Source: Azolla caroliniana (taxonomy: Eukaryota > Plantae > Polypodiophyta). Taken from it: a stretch of 64,000 nt of DNA. This document shows, piece after piece, positions 54,880-64,000 of this stretch; within the stretch, counting starts at the first letter, position 1; each line of letters starts with the position of its first letter. The position numbers were made by a program, and so were the translations under genes. The notes under the pieces are model-generated. The model did not search any database. It was given only the letters and a program-made list of their open reading frames with translations, and was not told the DNA's origin. Where the stretch lies: contig JBHGNT010000008.1 of NCBI GenBank assembly GCA_043228905.1, forward strand, positions 7,564,001 to 7,628,000, written 5' to 3'.

Positions 54880-57172
54880 TCGGCCTCGGCCGAGTTTGTT
54901 CATCGGCACTGTTCTTCTCCCTTCCCATCCGGAGGGACCTGTCTCCCAACAAACTCCCCCTTCACTCCGGCATGGGGTGTCTTACCAGTCCGATCCGCTT
55001 CCGGCATGCATCCAGCTTGTCGGGTACCAGAACTTTGGTCAACATATCTGACCCGTTCTCGGCCGTGTGGATCTTCGTCAGTGCAAACTCCTGGTCATCT
55101 ACTCTTTCCCGGATCTAGTGATACCTCCGCTGGATATGCTTCGTCCGAGAATGGTAGGCCGCATTCTTAGCAAGGTGGATGGCACTTTGACTGTCGCAAT
55201 AGAGTCGGTATTCCTCTTGCCGGATACCGAGCTCTCCGATGAAGTCCTTCATCCATAATATTTCCTTGCCGGCTTCCACAGCCACCATGTACTCTGCCTT
55301 CGTGGTTGACAATGCAACCGTCTTCTGCAGCCTTGACTGCCACGAAACAGCTCCCCCTGCATATGTCATTACATACCCGGATGTAGACTGGCTGGTATCC
55401 ACATCAGCCGACATGTCCGAATCGGTGAAACCGTCCAGTTGAGGTTTTCCGGAGCCGAATCGGAGACACATATTTGAAGTGTCCTTCAAATACCAGAGTA
55501 TCCATTTGACTGCGTTCCAGTGCTCCTTGCCGGGATTGCTCATAAACCGGCTCACCACTCCGACTGCGTATCCTATGTCCGGTCGGGTACACACCATTGC
55601 GTACATCAAGCTCCCGACGGCAGAGGCATATGGAATCTTCATCATATCCGCCTTCTTTGCTTTCGTCTTCGGGCTTTGCTTACCAGATAGCTTGCAGTTT
55701 GCCGGAAGTGTCGATCCGACTGGTTTCGCTTCTGACATGTTGAACCGGTGAAGCACCTTTGTCACGTACTTCTCCTGTGACAGCCATAATTGCTTCTTTG
55801 ACCGGTCCCGAATGATGTGCATCCCCAACATCTGTCTTGCCGGACCCAAGTCTTTCATTGAGAAGGTCCGGTTGAGAGCCTTCTTCAGCATCCATATTTT
55901 GACTTGGTCACGTCCGATGATCAACATGTCATCCACATACAGAAGGAGTATCAGGAAGTCGCCTCCTTCAAACTTCTTCACAAACAGGTAGTGATCGGCC
56001 TGCGTCTTGTGGTACCCTTGATCGGTCATGAAGGAGTCAAACTTCCGGTACCATTGCCGGGGGGCCTGCTTCAACCCGTAGAGGCTCTTCTTCAACCGGC
56101 ATACCAGGTGCTCCTTCCCTTTCTCCACAAATCCCTCCGGTTGTTGCATGTAGATCTCCTCTTCGAGGTCACCGTGAAGGAATGTCGTCTTCACGTCCAG
56201 CTGTTCTACCTCGAGGTCCATGCTTGCCGCTATACTCAGCACCGTCCGGATGGAGGTCATCTTTACTATCGGGGCAAATATCTCGTCGAAGTCCAAGCCC
56301 TTCTTCTGCTGGAACCCCTTCACCACGATCCTTGCTTTGTATCTCGGGGGGTTGCCGGCATCTCCCGGTTTCAACTTGTACACCCACTTGTTTTGGAGTG
56401 CCCGCTTTCCTTTCGGCAACTCCACCAATTCGTACGTATGGTTCTCATGCAGGGAATCCATCTTGTCTTGCATGGCACTTAACCATTTTCGGCTGTGGGT
56501 GTCATCCTTCGCTTCTTTGAAGCTTTTCGGCTCCCCCTCATCGGTCAGCAGAACATGCTCTGCATCCGGAAATCTCCGGGGGGCCCTTCTCTCTCTGAGA
56601 GGATATCTCCGTCTTTGGGCTTCGGTAGCCGGCTCCTCCATTTGCTCTTCATCCGAATCCGATTCGGGGTCTAGGCCGGTTCCGGTCTCCGCTTCCTCTA
56701 CTTCTTCTTCTGCCCGTTCGGTATCCTTACCGTAACCGTCTGGTCCCTCGAGTGCTAACCGGTCTCTTGCCGGTTGGGTCTGCTCATCGTAGAGTCGATC
56801 CTTACCAGTCGACTCGGAGTTCATTATCTTCTCCTCCGACTCCCAGTCAGCGAGCGTCTTGTCCTCCATGAAGATAATATCTCGACTCCGGAATACCTTC
56901 TTGTCGACCGGGTCCCACACTCGGTAGCCGAACTCATCGTCACCGTAACCGAGGAATATGCATGGCCGGGTCTTTGGATCTAACTTTCCTCTCCGGTCCT
57001 TTGCTACATGCACGTACGCGAGACACCCGAACACCTTCAGATGTCGGTAGGACACTTCCTTACCGGTCCATACTCTCTGTGGCGTGTCTCCATCCAAGGG
57101 TACTGAGGGTGATCTGTTTATCACGTATGTCGCCGTCGACAATGCCTCAGCCCAAAACTACTTGGGTAGTCT

Positions 57173-57356
57173 TGTCGAATACAAGTGTATAATGGACGTA
57201 TTCACACTATCCCTTTCTATAGCCCATCTTTGGGGCATTTGTGTAATTAGCATAAAGGGTAGTTGCCCTAAGTCGGTCACTATATATAGTGACCTTGTAA
57301 CCCTTTTGTAAGGTTGGTTGTGGTATTATTTGCTTTATGAAATAAAGAGTCTTGTG

Positions 57357-57403
<47 letters not shown>

Positions 57404-60400
57404 AACGACCTAGAAACAGTCATACGCAGGTACTGAAGCAGAATCGAATGCTTCTTGATCTTCCGCATAGACGACTTTGTCTACAACATCTGGTATCAGA
57501 GCCTGCACAGCATTCGGTCCTTCAATCCGCTGTCGGCCGTCGTCTCAGCCTGCACAGCATTCGGTTTCTTGCGTCATTCGAAGAAGAGAGAAGAAGAAGA
57601 GAAACGAGGCTTGCATCTCATCGCGTTAGATCATCTTCGCTTGGAGTAAGCCAGCAGGTTGTACTCTGTCCCTTGTGATCGTAACCGCTCGAGGTGAAAT
57701 CCCCTTGTGCAATATTGACACGATCGTGCTCCACTCGGTTAAACGGCATCCGAAGAGGTAATCAAACGCCGCTCATTGTAACCACTCGGTGCAGATCGGT
57801 CTCAAGACAACAACCCCAAATTCGTGCTTCATCTGGCTGATCGACATTCGGGAGGATCAGTTGGATCCGTCTCTCTCGTTGCTGCAGTCAACCGAAGCAG
57901 AATCGGTCCAGATAATCGGTTTCAATAATCGGTATTCGGCATATATATCCGAAGCGAACCGGGCTCACTCCGACTCGGCAACATTCGGGAAGACCAGTCG
58001 GTTCTGTCCCTCAAGCTACCGGAGTCAATTCGAGCAAGCTCCGAAGCCGAACTGACTCGGGTTCAAATCCGACTAGAGCGATATCGGGTGAGCCAACCGG
58101 CTGCACTCCAACAAGGCTCGTAGTCAACTCCGAACCGAGCCTCGTCAACCGAAACCAAATTTGATGGCATCAACATCCGGCTCGTCAGAAATGAGTCTAC
58201 GAAAGTTCGATGGATCGAACTTCAACTTCTGGAAGGAGCAAATGCAGGACTATCTCATAGTCAAGGGGCAAATCGATCCCATCGAAAATGAAGAACCTCC
58301 AGAAGGATACAAACCAATTGAGTGGCAGAAGCTGGACAGAATCGTCCGCGCCACGATTCGGATGCACCTATCGGAATCGGTATACTTTACGGTGCAATCG
58401 TGTACGACAGCATTCGAACTGTGGAAAACACTGTCGGACACTTACGAAAAGAAGGTCGCCGCAACGAAGATGTTTCTGATCCGGCGCCTCTACAACCTGC
58501 GGATGAAAGAATCCGATTCGGTTCAAGCACATCTCAATGAGTACGAAAGCATAAGCTCCCAAATCTCATCTCAGGGGACGGCAATCGAGGATGAACTCAG
58601 AGCAATGATACTCATGAGCAGCCTTCCCTCATCATGGGAAACTTTCGTCACAACCGTGTGCAACGCGTCAACCACGGCTGTTAAATACTCCGAAGTCACG
58701 AGCGCAATCCTGACCGAAGCAGCTCGGAGAAAGTCTTTCGCCAAAGACTCAACAAACGACGCTTACGTAGTACAAGGTTCGACAGACCGATCGAACATAC
58801 GAGGAAGAGATTCCTCACGGCCGCCGAACAATCAGCGAAGACGGAGCCAGTCACGGGATAACCGAATCTGCAACTATTGCAAGAAACCCGGACACATCAA
58901 AGCCGACTGCCGCGCACTCAAGAACAAGAACAACAAGAAGAGTGGCCGGCATGAGGAGATCAATTACGTCAGCTTTTCAGCTGATGTGCTACCAGACGAC
59001 CCGAATATACTATCAATCGAAAATCCAGTCGGATCAGAAGTTCTACTCACGACTGAAGAATCGAGCACATGGCTCTTAGATTCGGGTGCGTCATTTCACG
59101 TGACTCCTCATCGATCCCAATTTCGGCAATATACGATCCGTCACTCCGACTCAGTTCGAGTCGGCAACTCACAACACTGTGACATCATCGGAATCGGCAC
59201 AGTAGAGCTCAACCTTGCAGGTGGCTCTACACTTGTACTTCACAATGTCCGACATGTACCCGAGCTCTCAAGGCCATTGATCTCAGTCGGACAACTAGAT
59301 GAAGACGGCATTCGTGCCGGTTTTTCTTCGGGAGGGTGGACACTCCACAGGGGGAACCTCCTGCTTGCTAGAGGACCCAAGATACACTCACTGTATCCGT
59401 TACATGTTACGCTCAGAGAGGGTAACCTGTTTTTGGTGGATATTCCTGTGTCATCACTATGGCACCGAAGATTAGGACACCTCAGCAAGGCCGGCATTAC
59501 GCATCTATCTAGAGCCGGATACATCCCCAAACTCTCCTTCTCCGACCATCAATTCTGCGAGCATTGTCAGTATGGCAAACAAGCAGCCGCATCACACCCG
59601 ACATCAGCACCAAGAGAAACGAGACCTCTCGATCTAGTCCACTCGGACGTCTGTGGCCCGATGCCGCATCAGTCTCTTGGCGGTGCCTCTTACTTCGTCA
59701 GTTTTATTGACGATTCGACTCGAAAGGTGTGGGCTTATCCAATTCGCACCAAAGATCGTGTCTTCTCGATCTTCTCCGATTGGCTCGCTATGGTAGAAAA
59801 TCAAACCGACCGAAATCTGAAATGCTTTCGGACCGACAATGGGGGAGAGTTCAAATCAGAAGAATTCGTCAAATTCTGCCGACAACGCGGCATCCGACGT
59901 GAATTTACGGCACCACACAGTCCGGAGCAAAACGGGATTGCCGAACGCATGAATCGGACAATCCAAGAACGGATAGTTTCCATGCTCCAACACTCCGGAC
60001 TGTCGGATGGCTTCTGGGCAGAGGCTCTACTCACGGCAGTACACATAATCAATATGTCGCCAAGCAGACCTCTAGGACTTCAAATTCCTCAGGAACTATG
60101 GATCGGCAGCAAGCCGAATTACGACAAGCTGAGGATCTTCGGATGCGAGGCGTACGCCCTTATTCCGAAAGATGATCGCCGAAAACTTGCACCTCGGTCC
60201 AGGAAATGCATTTTCCTTGGATATGGATCAGACGGCGAAATGGGATACCGACTCTGGGACCCCGAACGCAGACAAATCGTTCGAAGTTCGGACGTTGTGT
60301 TCAACGAGTCGGCTATGAATCCATCAGTCGAAAAACCGATCGAAGTCCGAAGGGTAACATTTTCCGATGTGCCGACCCTTCAAGAAGGCCCCGCTCTCAA

Positions 60401-62557
60401 CACACGGTCAGCTTCACGGGTAGCTGAACCTTACACTACCGACTCGGACAACTCCGACTCGGCACAGCAGAACAATCCGCTTTCGGACCATCCGACCGTG
60501 ATACCCGATGCGACCAGTCCAATCATACCTCGACGATCCGAGAGACTGTCGCAACCTCCGGAGAGGTATTCTCCTGGAATCTTCTTCACCGACGCCGGCG
60601 AACCGACGTCTTACGAAGAAGCATCGACATCTGTCGATTCCGCCACCTGGCATCTGGCGATGGAGTCGGAAATGCACTCCATTCGGGCAAACAAGACTTG
60701 GGATCTGGTCGAATTACCTAGGAACCGACGTGCTCTTCCTTGCAAGTGGGTTTATCGACTAAAAGAGACGTCTGATTCGACCACCCCAAAGTACAAGGCC
60801 AGATTAGTTGCGAAGGGCTTCCGACAAGAATATGGCGTCGACTTCGACGAGATTTTTTCACCAGTGGTGAAAATGACAACCCTTCGTTTTCTACTCGGCG
60901 TAGTGGCAGCCGACAACTTGGAGCTGATTCAGCTCGATGTCAAAACAGCCTTCCTCCATGGTGATCTTGACGAGGAAATTTATATGGAGCAGCCAAAAGG
61001 CTTCGTGGCAACTGGCCAAGAACATCTAGTCTGCCGACTCAGGAAGAGTCTATACGGCCTCAAACAGGCACCGCGACAATGGTACAAGAAGTTCGACGAC
61101 TTCATCCAATCGATCGGCTTCTCAAAAAGCGATGAGGACCATTGTCTCTTTACCAACACAGCTCAAGATGGATCACCCATCTTCCTCATCATTTACGTGG
61201 ACGACATGCTAATTTCTGGACGCCACGCGGGCGAACTTGCCGATCTCATTCGGCAACTGCGGTTGAAGTTTGCCATGAAGGACCTCGGTCCGGCACGACA
61301 CATTCTTGGCATGAAGATTAGTCGGCATCGCGATAAACGACATCTTTTTTTGTCTCAGACCGACTATATCGGACGTGTCTTGGAACGCTTCAACATGCAA
61401 TCAGCCAAATCTGCTTCAACCCCGCTCCCCATGAATCTTCGGCTCTCTCAGCGAGACTGCCCGACATCCGGTCCGGAGGGGGAAGATATGAAGTCGGTAC
61501 CGTATGCACCGGCAGTCGGCTCCCTTATGTACCTGATGGTCGCGACACGGCCCGATATCTCTCATGCCGTAGGAGTCGTTAGCAGATTTATGCACAATCC
61601 TGGCCGATCGCATTGGAACGCAGTCAAGCATGTGTTCAGATATCTGGCTGGCACAAAAGACCACGGCATTCTTTTCGGTCCGAACCGAACCTCAGGCGTA
61701 GTCGGTTACACCGACTCGGATTTCGCCGGCTGTATAGACAGTCGGAAATCAACAACCGGATACTGCTTCAAATTCGGCAATGGAGCAATCTCGTGGAAGT
61801 CGAAACTTCAGGAGTGCACAGCGACCTCAACGACCGAAGCAGAATATGTAGCTGCGTCCGACGCAGCAAAAGAAGCTTTGTGGCTCGGTCGGCTGGCGCA
61901 CACGTTTCGACAAGTCGACCATGACTCGGCTCCAGTTGTCTACAGCGACAGTCAAGGTGCTATTGCCTTGTCGAAAAATCCGGTTCACCACAACGCCTCC
62001 AAACATATCGACGTTCGATATCACTTCGTTCGGGACTGCGTCATTTCAGGGAAAATCGGTCTAGAGAAAATATCCACAACCGACAATGTCGCAGATGGAA
62101 TGACCAAGTGTCTTTCGGCAGACCGCTTTCGGTCCCTTCGGCATCAGATGGGCGTAACGACAAACCAGTCCGGTTAGAGCCGGACACAGCACAGGATGGT
62201 TTCCGACAACCGACATCAGTTCCTTAATGATCGGCTTCAACACTTCCGACCCGACCAGTTCGGTCTTCTGCCTTCGGACCCTGCCGACTCGAACAAAAAA
62301 ACTGATATGTCCGAGAACCTAGGTTTATACCTGTAATCTTAGATAACCCATGTATACGCCCATTACGGGGGAGTGTCGAATACAAGTGTATAATGGACGT
62401 ATTCACACTATCCCTTTCTATAGCCCATCTTTGGGGCATTTGTGTAATTAGCATAAAGGGTAGTTGCCCTAAGTCGGTCACTATATATAGTGACCTTGTA
62501 ACCCTTTTGTAAGGTTGGTTGTGGTATTATTTGCTTTATGAAATAAAGAGTCTTGTG

Positions 62558-62600
<43 letters not shown>

Positions 62601-62685
62601 AACGACCTAGAAACAGTCATACGCAGGTACTGAAGCAGAATCGAATGCTTCTTGATCTTCCGCATAGACGACTTTGTCTACAACA
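57173..62685 (+). mobile_element. Intact young Ty1/Copia 'Copia-4B' (near-identical to Copia-4A)
   Basis: LTRs 57173-57488 and 62374-62685 differing, by eye, only in (CT)n length; perfect TSD AGTCT; PBS 57491-57502; PPT ATTACGGGGGAG before 62374. Confidence 0.97.
58164..62177 (+). CDS. Copia Gag-Pol polyprotein, identical in translation to the Copia-4A ORF
   Basis: Same translation as 47855-51871 in the ORF track; all catalytic motifs intact; first ATG at 58164. Confidence 0.97.
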   Translation: MASTSGSSEMSLRKFDGSNFNFWKEQMQDYLIVKGQIDPIENEEPPEGYKPIEWQKLDRIVRATIRMHLSESVYFTVQSCTTAFELWKTLSDTYEKKVAATKMFLIRRLYNLRMKESDSVQAHLNEYESISSQISSQGTAIEDELRAMILMSSLPSSWETFVTTVCNASTTAVKYSEVTSAILTEAARRKSFAKDSTNDAYVVQGSTDRSNIRGRDSSRPPNNQRRRSQSRDNRICNYCKKPGHIKADCRALKNKNNKKSGRHEEINYVSFSADVLPDDPNILSIENPVGSEVLLTTEESSTWLLDSGASFHVTPHRSQFRQYTIRHSDSVRVGNSQHCDIIGIGTVELNLAGGSTLVLHNVRHVPELSRPLISVGQLDEDGIRAGFSSGGWTLHRGNLLLARGPKIHSLYPLHVTLREGNLFLVDIPVSSLWHRRLGHLSKAGITHLSRAGYIPKLSFSDHQFCEHCQYGKQAAASHPTSAPRETRPLDLVHSDVCGPMPHQSLGGASYFVSFIDDSTRKVWAYPIRTKDRVFSIFSDWLAMVENQTDRNLKCFRTDNGGEFKSEEFVKFCRQRGIRREFTAPHSPEQNGIAERMNRTIQERIVSMLQHSGLSDGFWAEALLTAVHIINMSPSRPLGLQIPQELWIGSKPNYDKLRIFGCEAYALIPKDDRRKLAPRSRKCIFLGYGSDGEMGYRLWDPERRQIVRSSDVVFNESAMNPSVEKPIEVRRVTFSDVPTLQEGPALNTRSASRVAEPYTTDSDNSDSAQQNNPLSDHPTVIPDATSPIIPRRSERLSQPPERYSPGIFFTDAGEPTSYEEASTSVDSATWHLAMESEMHSIRANKTWDLVELPRNRRALPCKWVYRLKETSDSTTPKYKARLVAKGFRQEYGVDFDEIFSPVVKMTTLRFLLGVVAADNLELIQLDVKTAFLHGDLDEEIYMEQPKGFVATGQEHLVCRLRKSLYGLKQAPRQWYKKFDDFIQSIGFSKSDEDHCLFTNTAQDGSPIFLIIYVDDMLISGRHAGELADLIRQLRLKFAMKDLGPARHILGMKISRHRDKRHLFLSQTDYIGRVLERFNMQSAKSASTPLPMNLRLSQRDCPTSGPEGEDMKSVPYAPAVGSLMYLMVATRPDISHAVGVVSRFMHNPGRSHWNAVKHVFRYLAGTKDHGILFGPNRTSGVVGYTDSDFAGCIDSRKSTTGYCFKFGNGAISWKSKLQECTATSTTEAEYVAASDAAKEALWLGRLAHTFRQVDHDSAPVVYSDSQGAIALSKNPVHHNASKHIDVRYHFVRDCVISGKIGLEKISTTDNVADGMTKCLSADRFRSLRHQMGVTTNQSG

Positions 62686-64000
62686 AGTCTTGCATGCGCT
62701 AGCATACTCCGGACCCGCTCCATTATGGTCCGGTTCATCCTCTCGGCCAACCCGTTTAGTTCCGGTGTCTTTGGCACGGTAAATTCGAGCCAGATTCCCT
62801 TCGAGCGGCAGTACTCCTTGAACTGCCCCCGGTATTCTCCTCCTTAGCATTTCCGGTCCGGGGTAAGATGGAACGATGCTCCGGAGTCCACCACCCAGGT
62901 CATCTCGTCGCCGGCAAGGTTTATCTCACTCTCCTTGGTGATGAGCATCAACTCTTCTTCACTTGCCGCGATTGTCGTCGTTCCCTTCCGGTCCGTCCCC
63001 TTCTAGTCTTTACCGTTCCGGTCCGGGGTCCGCTTCGAATTGGTACCGTCGGTTTCCTTGTCTTTACGGAAATGTCGACAGTTCTTTTGGAAGTGACCCG
63101 GCTTGCCACAATAGAAGCAAGTGGGCCTCCCCCTTGACTTTGACCGTGTCCTCGACTTCTCCCGGTTCTGGGACTACGGTTTCTATGTCTTCCGCGTTCC
63201 GATTCGGTAAGGAGCGCTTTGGAGTCGGAGCTCGTATCTTTATCTTTCCGACGCGCCTCCTCATCTAGCAAGCTCGACTTTACTCTTGCTAGGGATAACC
63301 GTTTTCCTTCCGGTCCGGCGTTGCCCAAAGTGACAACCAACGTCTCCCAGCTATCCGGAAGGGAACCAAGCAGGAGCAGCGCTAGTACCTCATCGGCGAG
63401 AGTTACTTCCAATGACGTTGCCTGGTGTATCAGCCCTTGGAAGGCATTCATATGCTCCGCCATGCTGGAGCCATCTTGGTACCGGAGTCTTACTAGCTTC
63501 CGGAATACCGAAACCTGATTAACAACATTTTTGTTTTGAAACATTATGCCGATCTTCTCCCAGAGCTCATGAGCCTTGCTCTCTTCATTGAAGTTGTTGT
63601 ACAGGCTCATGTCGATGAAGCACCGTATGTACACCGTTGTCTTCATGTGCATCACCTCCCATATCGCGGCGTCGATTTTGTCCGGTCTCTTGTCCCCGAA
63701 CTGAACCGGCAGCCAGAGGTCTTTAACCACGAGCATGTCCCTCATCTTCGACTTCCACACTAAATAGTTGGAGCCGGTGAGCTTGAACATGCCGCCAAAC
63801 GATTCGTCCATTTTCTGTGTCGATTTCGCTCTGATACCACTTGTCGGGAACTCAAGGCTCCTTATGTCCAACGCTCGGCCACAACCGAGATTCTTTTCTT
63901 ACACAGAAAACAGGAAACGGAAGAAAAACAAGCGACACAAGAGGAGAGAAGAGGTACACAGGAGATTTACGTGGAAAACCCCAAACTAAGGGAAAAAACC

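Larger units (their letters stand above)
54298..64000 (-). mobile_element. Tnt1-like Ty1/Copia 'Copia-5' (host 2, same family as Copia-3), inserted antisense into the Copia-3 RT; 5' LTR runs off the window
   Basis: 3' LTR 54298-54951, PPT GAAGGGGGAGTT, INT-RT-RH 57170-54960 with a TAG in RNase H where Trp is expected (RRYH*), gag ~63810-62850 closely similar to Copia-3 gag, PBS 63839-63828, 5' LTR from 63842; left flank CAAGT. Confidence 0.93.

Noticed and set aside
54297-55118. 273-aa ORF and other antisense ORFs within the retroelements
   Set aside because: They run through LTR and repeat sequence or are shadows of pol on the opposite strand; no independent coding evidence.
47351-62685. 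Inverted 5.5-kb duplicate as a fold-back assembly artefact or segmental inverted duplication
   Set aside because: Each copy has its own perfect TSD (GCAAG vs AGTCT), sits at a different position in a diverged host, and carries copy-specific SNPs shared by both of its LTRs.

Overview
Eukaryotic land-plant nuclear DNA, plausibly a fern or other seed-free plant (inferred from gene and TE style, not proven). The left ~28.5 kb is gene-rich. It holds the 3' end of a plastid-type EngA/Der GTPase (with a GC-AG intron), an 8-exon VPS4/SKD1 AAA ATPase, a 6-exon PPIL1/CYP18-2-type cyclophilin, an intronless PLS-class PPR gene whose stop is created by a tandem duplication, and a 5-exon TDP2-like EEP nuclease with two RanBP2 zinc fingers. 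From ~29 kb to the end the window is a retrotransposon nest. It contains two decayed Copia copies of one family (one inside a TIR element), gypsy-like remnants, and a four-level nest at 44-64 kb. In that nest a Tnt1-like Copia carries a second member of its own family in antisense orientation. Each of these two hosts carries an independent antisense insertion of the same intact, very young Copia (identical ~1337-aa polyprotein) in its integrase region, both at a CAYGCAAGA sequence. The result is a ~19-kb quasi-palindrome with 5.5-kb near-identical arms. Exon and TE boundaries were read by eye and family names come from motif recognition; no searches were run.
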